Positions 25,883 to 36,098 of a DNA stretch of 64,000 bases are shown here, in pieces. Location: contig NC_087245.1 of NCBI RefSeq assembly GCF_037042905.1, forward strand, positions 24,244,001-24,308,000, written 5' to 3'. The stretch comes from Lytechinus pictus. Lineage: Eukaryota. Within the stretch, counting starts at the first letter, position 1, and each line of letters begins with the position of its first letter. Below the pieces are notes generated by a model. That model had not been told where the DNA came from. It made no database searches and worked only from the letters and a program-made list of their open reading frames with translations. A program made the translations under genes and the position numbers.

Positions 25883-28800
25883 AAAGATGCGTTGCCAACA
25901 AAACTATTTGTGATTATATGTATATGCGCTGCCAAGATGGAGGAAGCGCACTGTAAAAGACGCATCTAAAGACACGTTGCCAACAAAATTATTTGTGATT
26001 ACATATATACATAATATATGCACGCTCACCAAATACACTAGCTTACACAATTGCATCCCAATAACAATACTTTCTCTCTTTCACTCTCTCTCCCACTATT
26101 TCTCTCACACACTCTCTTTCCCCCTCCGTTTCTCGCTCATGACTATTAAGATCAAAAGCCAGGAGAGGAGATCGAAAAGAATAATCACACTATAAATGAA
26201 ATAGTAACATATACCGTGTGAGTAAAAAAAAAGACACCTCACAAGTCCCCAATTTAAGGAAAAAATATGTCATGAACACATAATTATTATATATGGCCTG
26301 AAAATGTATGTTCTACCAAACAATTTGATACCATATTCATGTGGCATGTGCTAACGCTTAGATGATCAGAGGGGTTTTCTTTGCAGTGATGCAAAATTTT
26401 TTCTGCGCCAAAGTGAGGCATGACAGCAATGAATGAATCCAGTTGTCAATGATGCCATAATGTTACAAGGGCTGCATTAAAATCCGTTTCAAAATACCTT
26501 TTTAATAATTTGCTTTATAATTGTTTAATAAACACTTTTTAATATCAATTCTTAAATTAATTTCATTAAAAAAGGATTTGCAAATATGTTTACAAAATCA
26601 TGTATTATGACATCACTATTTGCATCTGGATTCATTCATTGCAGTCACGCCTTTGGCGCGAATCAAAATTTACATCACTGCAGCAGCTAGCAAAAAATAT
26701 CTACTGATCATCCATGCGTGAAGACATACCACATAAATATGGTATCAAATTAGTTGGGAGAAGATAGTCTTTCCAGCCACAAATAATTATTATGCCTTCA
26801 TGATATATTTTTCCGTAAATTGGGGATTTGTGAGGTGTCAAGTTTTTGTTTTACTCACACGGTAGTTTAAACTGCAGCTTAATTGGTTTAGACCTACATC
26901 ACAAGAGGAATCTGCAAATTACTTACTCATTCCAAGCTCATGGTAAGCAATCAGGAATGTGATCAGATAATCAATACGCAACTTTGCTCTCATTTTCTGT
27001 TCACTTTTACGCTTTTCACCTTCAAAATTATATCTTCCAAACAATTAACCTGTATGCATATCATTTGGGCACGCCACATCAATGTGCGTCGCACGGAACC
27101 TTACGAACATTCAACACTAGCTGTAGATATAGAAGACAAGGTCAAAGGGGACCGGGGTTTCCCTGCTTCGAACATTCGCACACTTTTGGAGTAGAGTTAA
27201 AACGTACCGCGAACGCGGGTGCGTGCATGCATGTGTGAATGTGCATCAGAGAAGGGCATGAAAACTAAACATGAAAACTAAACATGAAAACTAACTGGGT
27301 ATAATTCGAATGGTGAATTATAGATAGAAGGGGAAAAAACGGTTAGACCAGTAGGCTTATTCTTCTTTTACTGGTTTCAAGTATGTTTTTACTAAGCGGG
27401 CCAGTTGATTTTTAACTGGACCAGTATAAACCAACTGGAAAGCAGTACCTCAAGTGCATACCAGTTCAAGATAATTAGTAATACCAGCTATATTGTTTTC
27501 ATCAAACTGGTGTATGCTGGACCAGTATGACCAGTATTTTGTTCTACTGGTTTCAATTTACATTTTTACTTGGCCAGTTGATTTTTAACCGGACCAGTAA
27601 AAATCAATTGGAAACAAATTCCGTCAAATTGATACCAGTTCAAGAAAAGTAGTAATACCAGTTAAATTGTTTTCATCAAACTGTTGTCTGCCTGGACCAG
27701 TTTGGCCATTTTTTTTTTTTACTGGTTCCAGTATATTTGCACTGGGCCAGTTGATTTAAACTGGACCAGTAAAAATCAAGTGAAGACCAGTTATATCAAA
27801 TATATTGTTATTATCAATTATTGTTATCATTACTATTGTTATTATTATTTTCAATATTATCATTAATATGTTCATGAGTATTTTGATAATTATTTTCATT
27901 TTAATTATCGTTATGCTTAAGACATAAAACGAGATATATTCCCCTGATAAGTCAGCTCGTCTAATCTCAGTTCTTGTTTTAAATAAAATCTCGTCATGAC
28001 TAGTAATTGCACTAGTAGATGCTGCTGATCACGTGGTTTGCCTCATTTGCATATTTACATTTTTTTTGCCCCAAAAACAGTATTTAGAAAGAAATATCCA
28101 TGCAATGGCACTCATTGTTTTTTAACATTATAGATAAATGTGTGAACTAATTCACAATGAAAATGTGTAATTTTGCAATACAAATTTTTAAAAAAGCAGA
28201 AAGATTCCACAGCAAATTCACCAATCATGATATACGTATTACAAACTAAACGCGAAATGCCAGTGACGCCAGTAAGACCAGTTGAGTTTGATACCAGTAT
28301 ACACTTTACATCATCAGCATGATCACTGAGGCCAGTAACAAACTCCAGTATTCAAGACTATATTAAAATTCCACTGAAAAATTAACAGGAGACCAGTAAA
28401 TATAGACCAGTGTTACATACCAGTATAATTTTAACTGGACCAGTATGACATGTATGACCAGTTAGAGCAGTAAACAGATGTTCTTAATTCCAGAGTTACC
28501 AGTTGATTAAGCTCTCCCCTATCTCCATCTCTCTCCGTCTTTCTCTCTCTTTGTTTTTGACTTTCTATCTACTTGACTTATTTTTAGTATCTTTCATGGC
28601 TCACTTTGCCATCATTAATGTGTTTTTAAAAGTTATGCGATTTAAGAGATTTATATTTTATACCGTAAATGTAGAATGATATATGATTGTTGTGTGTGAG
28701 GAAGGTGAGCTTCTGTGCACTTGTATTAATAATAAAGCAAAAATAAACAAAATGCATAGTAGTGTTCATTCAACCTGAATATTTTAATATACCGTTGTTG

Positions 28801-30243
28801 TTGTTTTTTCGAGTTAAATTGACATTGAAACCTGTTTTAAAGCAATTAATAATAGAAATTTGAAATGGCTCTTCAGATTTGTATAATCTTCTTTAAAATC
28901 TTAACAATAACCGATTATGTACTAAATCAGGTTACAATTTTATTGTATTAGGTGTTTTACTGCAAACTGTGACTGTTGATCAATATGTCAATTATTATGA
29001 TTTATTCAAGGAAACCTACATAAACAACTCAACCATTCAAAAGCAGGGGCGGATCCAGGTTTTTCCAAAAAGAGAGGGACCCACTTTCCCGATAAAATCA
29101 GACAACCCCCCCCCCCCCAAAAAAAAGGGTTTCCACCTAAAATTGAAGGTATTTTACTCCGCGGAAAATCTGACAAGCAAAACAAAGGTCCTCACGTTCA
29201 AAAGGGAGGGGGGGCATATTTACATTACAAATTTTGATTATGGCTCTCAAGGGGGGGGGGGGGGGGCACGACCGGCCGTGCCCCTTTCGATCCGCCAGTG
29301 TTCAAAAGGTTTCCTTTCCATTTCGTTATGGTATTTGGTATTTTGCCTTGCTTTGTAAGTTTGAGGTTTGAAAAAAAAATCGAAACAAAATTTGGACACA
29401 ATAAATCAGTCAACAAATCAATAAACCGCATTCAGAAAGATTCACGTAAGTTTATAGAATAACGGTGGTATTATATAATATAGAGAGAACATAACTTTCA
29501 TTTCCGTGCTGCATAATGATAAGATACAAAAGCAGAGGGTTTAGTGATTTTCAAGACGGTCTTCTGTCTATATTTTTGCTTCCTGTAACAAATTAGAAAT
29601 ATATGAGATCCAGGCTAGGACCAATAGAAAATGGACCTAACGTTGTTTCAGATAAATGTATGTTTGTTTGTTTTTAGGTTTTTTGGGGGGAAGCAGTTTT
29701 GCATAACTGAACAGGCCTATACCCTGCAGCATAAAATAAAGAAAACCAATAAAGAAATAAATAATAAATAAATGCTCTTGATGGGCAAGTATACAATGAC
29801 GCTCTCCGCCGTACGCGCCACTGTGGGATCTATGCACTAGGTGGAAGCCCCGCCCCCATCCCTCCAATACAACAGCAAAACGTCGACCGTTTTCTTTACT
29901 CGAAAACCATCACCCCTCCCTTCCCCCATTATCTCAAGACCTATGGGATTCGGATTGCAATGTTATTCGCTATAAAAACAAGTAACGCGAAAGGAGTAAT
30001 GAATGTACACGTCGGTTTTAATAGCTCACCCGATAACCCAAGTATCAGGAAGCTAAATTGGCTTGCGAAAACTAATTCGACTACACACCTATGTACCATT
30101 GACAAAACATTAATGACTCATTACAGCACTTGTTCAACCAAAAACAAATTAAACGTCAGATATAACTTACCTCTAGTAAGGAAACATACTAACAGCAATG
30201 TGCTCAAATGGTTAAACCAAGATGCTTTTCCTATTTCATCCAT
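537..30243 (-). CDS. Spliced 10-exon gene (562 aa): signal peptide + IgV + IgC-type + TM + IFI44/IFI44L-like P-loop GTPase
   Basis: Exons 30171-30243, 20050-20352, 19326-19682, 17235-17384, 11415-11495, 10915-11073, 9534-9695, 5241-5325, 2099-2166, 537-787 sum to 1689 nt, one open frame ending in TGA. All introns are GT..AG; intron phases are 1,1,1,1,1,1,1,2,1. Linkage of the Ig/TM half to the GTPase half is inferred from phase compatibility, not from transcript data. Confidence 0.8.
1669..2091. mobile_element. Foldback/MITE built from short tandem motifs
   Basis: Ends ggtaaattgccaattcgtcta and tagacgaattggaaataaacc are inverted. Absent from the paralog at 60265-60272; tac is duplicated at the site. 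Confidence 0.8.
2099..2166 (-). CDS. Exon 9: PFNWQYGLGFIGDFTKEVRQHT
   Basis: Acceptor ttttcatctag, donor TG|gtatgt; 68 nt, phase 2-1. Conserved with identical boundaries in the paralog at 60274-60341. Confidence 0.85.
2986..5156 (+). mobile_element. ~2.1-kb non-autonomous hAT-like element with repeated gcgagcgcgaagcgcgagc motif
   Basis: Ends caggggcagatccag / ctggatccgc; reverse-orientation copy at 30679-32579. No clear TSD. Confidence 0.75.
5241..5325 (-). CDS. Exon 8: GERGPDIEQIKACEQEEIHCAVFVYKK
   Basis: IHCAVFV matches the IHC-hydrophobic strand typical of IFI44-like GTPases. Acceptor ctggcag, donor TC|gtaagt; 85 nt, phase 1-2. Confidence 0.85.
5502..6243. mobile_element. piggyBac-type MITE
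   Basis: TTAA|ccccaaaaaggactggg ... cccagtccttttaggg|TTAA. Confidence 0.8.
6443..8092 (+). mobile_element. Helentron-associated (HINE-like) element with internal tandem repeats
   Basis: T-run then gtctcgcccac...ggcgagac at the 5' end, subterminal gtgggcgagac near the 3' end, terminating in cttgtttt; internal repeats contain ggtcacatggtaaggtca. Confidence 0.6.
6971..7654. mobile_element. CAC..GTG-ended MITE (CMC/EnSpm-like) nested in the HINE-like element
   Basis: TA|caccctaagaaat ... attttttagtgtg|TA. The host motif cacatggta-aggtcaaag is restored on removal. Confidence 0.7.
8288..9285. mobile_element. TIR element (Harbinger-like termini)
   Basis: aagcccctttcacaat ... attgtgaaaggggctt. A related interrupted copy lies at 12318-15325. 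Confidence 0.7.
9534..9695 (-). CDS. Exon 7: GTPase G2/G3 exon
   Basis: KYKESQVVGDKESGGGKTTARTVLKLTKSIHIFDNRGMADF... has a G2 Thr candidate and hhhhDxxG (IHIFDNRG). Acceptor catcaacag, donor C|gtaagt; 162 nt. Confidence 0.88.
9888..10497. mobile_element. Kolobok-like MITE nested in a short MITE (9847-10631)
   Basis: TTAA|agggatggtcc ... ggaccatccc|TTAA. Host ends are cagggccccgtaa / ttacggggccctg. Confidence 0.75.
10915..11073 (-). CDS. Exon 6: GTPase G1/Walker A exon
   Basis: NIKEELADLRKRLLDF...HIGLFGEMGAGKSSFINSL contains GxxxxGKS followed by SFINS, as in IFI44-family proteins. Acceptor atttcag, donor AG|gtaagg; 159 nt. Confidence 0.9.
11415..11495 (-). CDS. Exon 5: juxtamembrane linker EAVLNVIPCLRSVYSMPVPDPEEVRL
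   Basis: Acceptor ttttattttaag, donor C|gtgagt; 81 nt, phase 1-1, no stop. In-frame ATG at 11448. Confidence 0.72.
11615..16022. mobile_element. Nested Harbinger-like non-autonomous elements in intron 4
   Basis: Left ends aggcctggtctcactg (11615) and aggcttggtcccactgcac (12099); right end gtgcagtgggacc (~16021). Contains further insertions. Confidence 0.55.
12615..15217. mobile_element. 2.6-kb foldback transposon with long TIRs (Academ-like, non-autonomous)
   Basis: TAA|tagtccaggatag ... ctatcctggacta|TAA (3-bp TSD). TIRs exceed 300 bp; internal ~190-bp repeats carrying aaaatggccgcc invert near 14150. Confidence 0.85.
17235..17384 (-). CDS. Exon 4: transmembrane helix and basic stop-transfer
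   Basis: Not in the supplied ORF track in this frame. Manual translation gives IVEPMRSGLWVGGK-VAIYISVILLLIAIGIVALFVTLLVL-RRKKKLPPL. Acceptor tttgatgcag, donor AG|gtattt; 150 nt, phase 1-1. Confidence 0.88.
18582..19175. mobile_element. Kolobok-like MITE nested in a short MITE (18551-19304)
   Basis: TTAA|aggtcaagtccacccc ... ggggtggacttgtcct|TTAA. Host ends ctggtgggtgtttca / tgaaacacccaccag; an uninterrupted host-family copy is at 44874-45054. Confidence 0.85.
19326..19682 (-). CDS. Exon 3: Ig C-type domain with short Pro/Ser/Thr stalk
   Basis: FNLECVVSGFKPDVTLEW...ATITV...QNFTCTVRG...TTVTVLVPPPST; sequons NFT, NAT, NGT. Acceptor acacag, donor AG|gtatat; 357 nt, phase 1-1. Confidence 0.88.
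20050..20352 (-). CDS. Exon 2: Ig V-type domain
   Basis: GETVRLPC...LYW...RF...DYSVDILNLTVSDEGEYTC...ELTIY shows the B-strand Cys, C-strand Trp and D-x-G-x-Y-x-C motif. Acceptor tttcatag, donor G|gtaagt; 303 nt, phase 1-1. Confidence 0.9.
22100..23130. repeat. Tandem array, ~230-bp unit, ~4.5 copies
   Basis: gcacatggaccc-like motif recurs near 22109, 22333, 22570, 22799 and 23037. Confidence 0.8.
25061..25850. repeat. Tandem array, 198-bp unit, 4 near-identical copies
   Basis: tgctcgttttgcag recurs near 25061, 25259, 25457 and 25655. Confidence 0.9.
26214..26862. mobile_element. Tc1/mariner-type MITE
   Basis: TA|ccgtgtgagtaaaa ... ttttactcacacgg|TA with long imperfect inverted arms. Confidence 0.85.
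26927..26993 (-). CDS. Candidate alternative exon 1b: leader MRAKLRIDYLITFLIAYHELGM(S)
   Basis: ATG in aaaATGa context at 26993, basic N-terminus then YLITFLIAY, donor GA|gtaagt, phase 1, in frame with exon 2. The hydrophobic core is weaker than in exon 1a. Confidence 0.5.
27138..27163. promoter_or_regulatory. Candidate promoter module: AAGGTCAAAGG + NF-kB-type site GGGGTTTCCC
   Basis: GGGGTTTCCC at 27154-27163 lies ~160 nt upstream of the exon 1b ATG, with the same motif order and near-identical spacing as 30408-30434. Confidence 0.45.
29044..29300. mobile_element. hAT-type MITE
   Basis: 8-bp TSD ttcaaaag on both sides; ends caggggcggatc / gatccgccagtg. Confidence 0.85.
30171..30243 (-). 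CDS. Exon 1a: signal peptide MDEIGKASWFNHLSTLLLVCFLTR(G)
   Basis: ATG at 30243, hydrophobic core LSTLLLVCFL, strong donor AG|gtaagt, phase 1. Joins exon 2 to give ...TRG-CLA, a plausible signal-peptidase site. Confidence 0.72.
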
Positions 30244-30407
30244 TACAAATTTCAGATTTCGATGAAAATAACCGACGTATCAATCAATCAATATAACGTT
30301 AACGCTTCCCTGTTCCATAAATGTGAGTAGAGTCTGTATGCGTTAAATGAAATGTAGTATGAGATATGTTTGCTCACACACGATTATTATCCATTATGTC
30401 CTGAGCG

Positions 30408-30434
30408 AAGGTCAAAGGCAACGTGGGATTTCCC
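30408..30434. promoter_or_regulatory. Candidate promoter module: AAGGTCAAAGG + NF-kB-type site GGGATTTCCC
   Basis: GGGATTTCCC at 30425-30434 fits the GGGRNNYYCC consensus and lies ~180 nt upstream of the exon 1a ATG. Confidence 0.45.
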
Positions 30435-30678
30435 GCTCTTCATAATGAAGCACATGACGCATTAGCGAGGGGAACCTAGAGGATGATAATGATATGATAG
30501 CCCCCCCCCCCCCACACACACGCAGACGCATATCCACAACCAACTCACACACACATACACACACCCCAATGTGGACACACGCGCGCACACACACACATCT
30601 TCCCACACACTACCTCTATCTCTCCATAGCTCTATGATCTCTCCATGGGAAAGCCAAGACTTCATACAAGTTAACAGC

Positions 30679-32579
30679 CATAGGCGGATCCAGGGGGGCC
30701 CGAGGGGCCCGACCCCCCCCCCTCTCCCCTATTGGCGGAGCAAAAAAAAGAAAAAAAGGGGGAAAGAAAGAAAAAAAGAAAGAGAAGAGAAAAGAGAGGA
30801 GAAAAAAAAAGAAGGGGAAACATAAGAGGGGGAAGACGAGTGAATAAAATAAAATGAGGGGAAGAAAATAATCAAAAAAATATTTCATGTCACTACATAA
30901 ACTTTTTGCTCGCGCTTCGCGCTCGCATTGCCTTTTAGGTGATTTACATATCTTGCTCAATATGGACTTTAAAATATCAAATTTTGAAGTCAATATACAA
31001 AACATATTTCTGCTTGGAAATCGAACTTTCATTATTTTGTTTGATTTACAAATTGATTTTTAAAAGTGCTCTGTCAGAATTTCTATTTCATGGTCTGGAT
31101 ATTAACATTTTCTGCTCGCGCTGCGCGCCCGGAAAATTTGATTTGTCAGGTACATATTATTTTCCTGTATTCCATAAGGTTCTCAAAATATCCCTATTCA
31201 GGTCAGATTGTCAACGCGTATCAGCTAGCGCTGCACGCTCGCATTTTGATTGGTGAGTTATGTATATCTCAATATTAATTCTAAAACAAACTACTTAAAA
31301 TCCCCATTTCATGACAGTTTATAAAAAAATTCGGCTCGCGATTTGCGCTCGCATTGACTGTTTAAAAGATATGAAGTCATGCATATCTTTTTCATAATTA
31401 CAAAAGTGCTTTAAATGTCCAGTTTTCAGGCCATAATATTAACAGATTTCGCGCTCTCATTAGGCTTATTAGATTAATAAAAAAAATATTAATTTAATAA
31501 TCAAATTGTCCCTTTTCAGAATGGAATATGGACAAGTTTAATATCGCGCTTAAGAAGAGAGAAGGAGAAATAGTCATCATTTTCATATGATGACATAATG
31601 TCCTTATAGAATGTCCCGGTCCTATGCCAAAACTCAAAGAAATAATAATGAAACATATCAGCTCTTTTTTAACTGTGATCTATCTCCACCTCACAATTTT
31701 TTCTACAAAGTACTAGAAATACAGAGCTTAAATCAAACCGTTTTCAGATCGGAATATCAAATGTTTTAAGCTTGCACTTCGCGATCGCTTTATTGATTTT
31801 CATGATAAAAAAGCTCTTTAGAATACCCAAATTCTAGGTCGAAATCAGATACGCAGCTTGTTCTCTATTTAAATCATTATCCAGTTTCAGATTACAAACT
31901 ATCAAAAAGTTTGTGCTCGCGTTTGGCGCTCGCAATTTTAATGTAGAAAGATTTCCAAGTACTCATCCTTTTCATGATTTACCACGAATGAATAGAGTGT
32001 CCCAATTTTAGGTGTAAATCTCGATTTTTTTTTTCCGCTACGCGCTCGCATCAATCATTTACTTATACACTTATCCTTTTAACGATTACAAAAAGTGCTT
32101 AGAATTTCCATTCTTCAGGTAGAAATATAAAAATTTTCAGCTCGCGCTTCGCGCTCGAATCATTTGATAGTTGAAATATGTAACGTATTCATGGCTAACA
32201 AGCAGCCGTTGCTAGATCCTTTTTTTATCAGATCAAAACGTATATATAAAAATTTCTGCTCGCGCTTCGCGCTCGCAGTAATTATGTAGCTGGATACGCA
32301 TCTCGTTTACGATCACAAACATTGCCCAGAATGTTTACATTTTAGGACAAAATACTTGAAATAAAAAAAGCTCGCGCTAGCACTATTTAAAAAAGGCTTA
32401 TGAGATTGATATATATCTATGTTGATTTATAAGAATAAAGCTTAGAAGTGACTTTTAGGACTACCCCTTCAAAGAAACAAAAACAAATCAACTTCGAGCG
32501 GCCGATCGGGATAAATGTTGCTTAAAAAATTCCGCCACCCCCCCCCCCCCCCTATTGGCGAAGGCTGGATCCGCCCCTG
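30679..32579 (-). mobile_element. Reverse-orientation copy of the 2986-5156 hAT-like element
   Basis: Ends in cccctattggcgaaggctggatccgcccctg, the reverse complement of the 2986 start apart from one mismatch; internal sequence is collinear. Confidence 0.8.
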
Positions 32580-32971
32580 GTATCCTACAGTTCAAAATAT
32601 TAATTACATATAGTTTTTATTTAGTATAAATATTCCAATATACTCTCACTTGTCATTATCTATTTCAATGAATCGTTGATTTTTTTTTGGTAAATGAACT
32701 TTCTTTGTGGTTCTAGCGTTTTGTTCTTAATCATTCAATTGTGGCTGCAGTTTCGGTATGAAAACAAATATCCTTGAAACGTTAATGACATTTACCTGAT
32801 GAAAATTGAAAATATCTCAAATCATGTACCATTTAGTCCATAAAACTTATTTATTCATATAATTTATATCACAAATTGTGTCATGTGTAATTCACTGTAT
32901 AAATGGGACAATCAAGATGTTTTATGTGGTAAGTGAGAATATGAATAATGTATGCACATATGGGTGTATCG

Positions 32972-33235
32972 CACTAGCGTACCTACGGGGGGGGGACAGA
33001 GGGGGCAGACAGCCCCCCCCCCCCTGACGAGTCACAACCCATGCATGAGACATATCCCTGCCCCCCTGACGAGTCGTGAAAACTAAATTTTTTTTTATTT
33101 TTTTTGCTTGTCATTTTTTTTACTGGTACGAAATCCTTTATTTGTGGTTGAAGACCTTTTTTTTTTTTTGCTTGTCAAATATTTTGGCGGACGAATTTGC
33201 CCCCCCCCCTGTGGAATACCCTAGGTACGCCACTT
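32972..33235. mobile_element. hAT-type MITE
   Basis: 8-bp TSD gtgtatcg; imperfect TIR gcgtaccta / taggtacgc. Confidence 0.8.
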
Positions 33236-34349
33236 GTGTATCGTAGGACTGTATGAACATCAATGTGCAGTATAGTATAGCAACCAGTCCGTCCAATCTA
33301 CACTATGAAGTTAGTTCATTAACTGTATAGTAAGATAGTAAGGGATAAGGACCACTCCATCCAAAAGAGGAGAAAAAATCTAAAAGACGAGGAAAAATTT
33401 GACAAGCAAAAAAAAAAAGGTTTTAACCAAAAATTAAGGGTATTTCTACCACAAAAAAATGACAAGCAAAACACGGCATTTTTACATTATAAATTTTAAT
33501 TATGCATCCCAAAAACGGGCCGGCATTGCCCCCTCCTCCTGGATCCGCCAGTAAAATTGGTAATAATAATACAAACAATATATATTTAAAAACATATAAT
33601 AAAAATAGTAATTAAAAAAAATAAAATGATATAAGATAAACGATAAAAATAGAAATAAAAAATAATAATTAAACGAAAATAATAATAATAGAGAGCGTAG
33701 TTGGCTCAGTCGGTAAAGCGTCTGTTTATCTAACCAAAGGTCGTGGATTCTCACCAGGGCGGATGACTGAAGCAGGCGTTGTGATCTCTCCCCTGCTCCA
33801 TGCACTACATATCTGTTTCGTCGACACAGCAATAATGCTGCTCCCACTCTTGAGGTACAAAGTGAAGTGATGTAGTGCTTATACAAGTTCATTTATGGGA
33901 AGTTCATGAAAGATTGTGACTAAGGAGGCATGACCAGTACACAATGGATTACATAGATCTAGAGTCTATTATTTGGGAACTTTCGCAAACCTCACGGACG
34001 CTAATATTAGTGTCCCCTAACACAAAAGTTAACGCTTAATCATACACTTGATTTTTAAGATTGAATGTACATTATAGTCAATAGAATCAAACGTAGAAAA
34101 CTGCTCTGCAATCAATGCTATTAAAGCTTTGTGTTACAGGGGGGTTACAGGCCCTACAGATCTGCTTTTCGTGTGCAAAATTCTTTCCCGCGACACCCGC
34201 ACCATACATGCGTGTACATTACGACTCAAGGCTGGAGATATTCGAAATGCAGGACCTACAATAGACTATGACGTGGATAAGAAAGAGGTTTTTCAAACAA
34301 ATCAAGTACATATTGAGTGAGGAAAAAGTTACTGAATTAAGGCTTAGAT

Positions 34350-35504
34350 CAGTGGCGTACCGTGGGTCACGGCATTGGGGGGGCACCAGCAAAAAATTTG
34401 AGTCACTTAGTGAGCTCGCGAAGCGCGCCCAATTGCCAGGTATACTGACCTAATAGAGACATTTTAAGGAGGGTGCCATTAAACGGATATGTATCTCAAA
34501 TAATGCGAGCGCGAAGCGCGAGCTTAAAATTTTTGATATTCAGACCTAAAAAGGAACACTATAATCAATCTTTTGTAATCATAATACGTACCTGTCTCGC
34601 TAAATAATGCGAGCACGAAGCGCGAGCTGAAATTTTTGTAAATATTGACCCCCAAACAGGAAGATTTTAATTCATTAAGAGTATACACATCTCACCATAG
34701 CCATCTAATGCGAGTACCAATAAGCGCTTGCTGATTTTGTTAGAATTACATCTAAACATCCACATAAAGCACTTGTAATCATGATTAACATACCCTTCTC
34801 ACTAATCAAATCTTGCGAGCGCGAAGCGCGAGCTGAAAATGTAGGAAATTCAGACCTGAAGAGGGGTTTTTAAGGCTTTTTTGTAAGAATTCACGAAGAC
34901 CATAAGTTCACTAACCAAATGATGCGAGCTGAAAATTTTTGATATTCACATCAGAAAAAAGGACATTTTAAGGACTGATTCTAGAAATTCATGGAGAGCA
35001 GACATACTTCACAAATCCACTACTGCGAATGTAAGCACGGACATGAAATGTTTTATATTAAGACCTTAATTAAAATGGGGCAATCACTTTAAGTAGTCAT
35101 GAAAAAAAGCATACTATTGTACATAAAACAATAACTCGAAGTGCGAGGAAATATATTTGGCAGTATTGTGTATATTGACTTGAAAACGGGAGGTTTCAGT
35201 ATGACAGGATTATATATCTCGTTAAACAGACAATGCGAGCACCAGGAACAATGAAGACATAGGCCCTGAGCAAATTATGTTTTGTAAAGTTATGAAAAAT
35301 GTTTCTTATGTAATATATTAAACATAACATAATTATGATATATTATAACATTATAATGACCAATAATGTATTCTTTCCCACTCCGTTTCTCTTCCTTTCT
35401 CTCTCTTTTCTCTCTTTCCCCGTTTTTTTTTTTTTTTTTGGTCAGCCGATGGGGGGGGGGGGGGCACGTGCCCCCCATGCCCCCCCCCCGTAGTTATGCC
35501 ACTG
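34350..35504. mobile_element. hAT-type non-autonomous element
   Basis: 8-bp TSD gcttagat; cagtggc...gccactg ends. Partial reverse copy at ~41200-41571. Confidence 0.85.
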
Positions 35505-35797
35505 GCTTAGATATAGATCATTACAGTCCATCGAATCGATATTGCATTTAATGTGGATTATTGGTGGATCTCTGGCAATTGATTCCATGGGTCAAATCAC
35601 CTCTCCAGCAGAAACCATTTCGCATGCGTTGATTATGTACACAGCATGTATACGCCTAAACAAGTAGTTACCTTGGTCTGAACACGTATCAGCCGAAATT
35701 TCTTTTGTTTACTCCTACACAAACGATATGCCTCTAGCACACAATGTAATGGGCATTATGTTTTACTTTCCCCAGAAATGGGGATTAGATTCGAATT

Positions 35798-36098
35798 CCC
35801 GGGGGGACGACTTCCATTGATGAGTGGATACCAGGCACGACCATGCGGTTTCGAAAAGCACCCAAAACAAGGGAAGCAAGACTTTTCCAGATTATGAAAA
35901 TGCATCTCTTAACAAGTATTTAGCTTGTGAAACCCTACAAGTATTGAAAACATATCCTCCTTTTCAGTATTTTAAACATCGTTTTTGTCACCCTTATAAC
36001 GTTACATAGGCCTATACGTAACGTACTTGCCCACTCTTTCCCTTTTTACGCGTGGTCGCGCCTGGTATCCACTCTTCAATGGAAGTGGGCCCCCCGGG
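35798..36098. mobile_element. MITE with ~50-bp TIRs (CCCGGG termini)
   Basis: acttccattgatgagtggataccaggc is inverted against gcctggtatccactcttcaatggaagt. A similar terminus type occurs at 52172-52636. Confidence 0.7.

Noticed and set aside
27258..27296. (catgaaaactaaa)x3 as an ISRE/IRF site upstream of exon 1b
   Set aside because: Does not match GAAANNGAAA spacing; it is a simple 13-bp micro-duplication.
33693..33775. tRNA gene
   Set aside because: A box A-like motif is present but there is no complete cloverleaf and box B is degenerate. More likely a SINE head; the same applies to 41975 and 57607.
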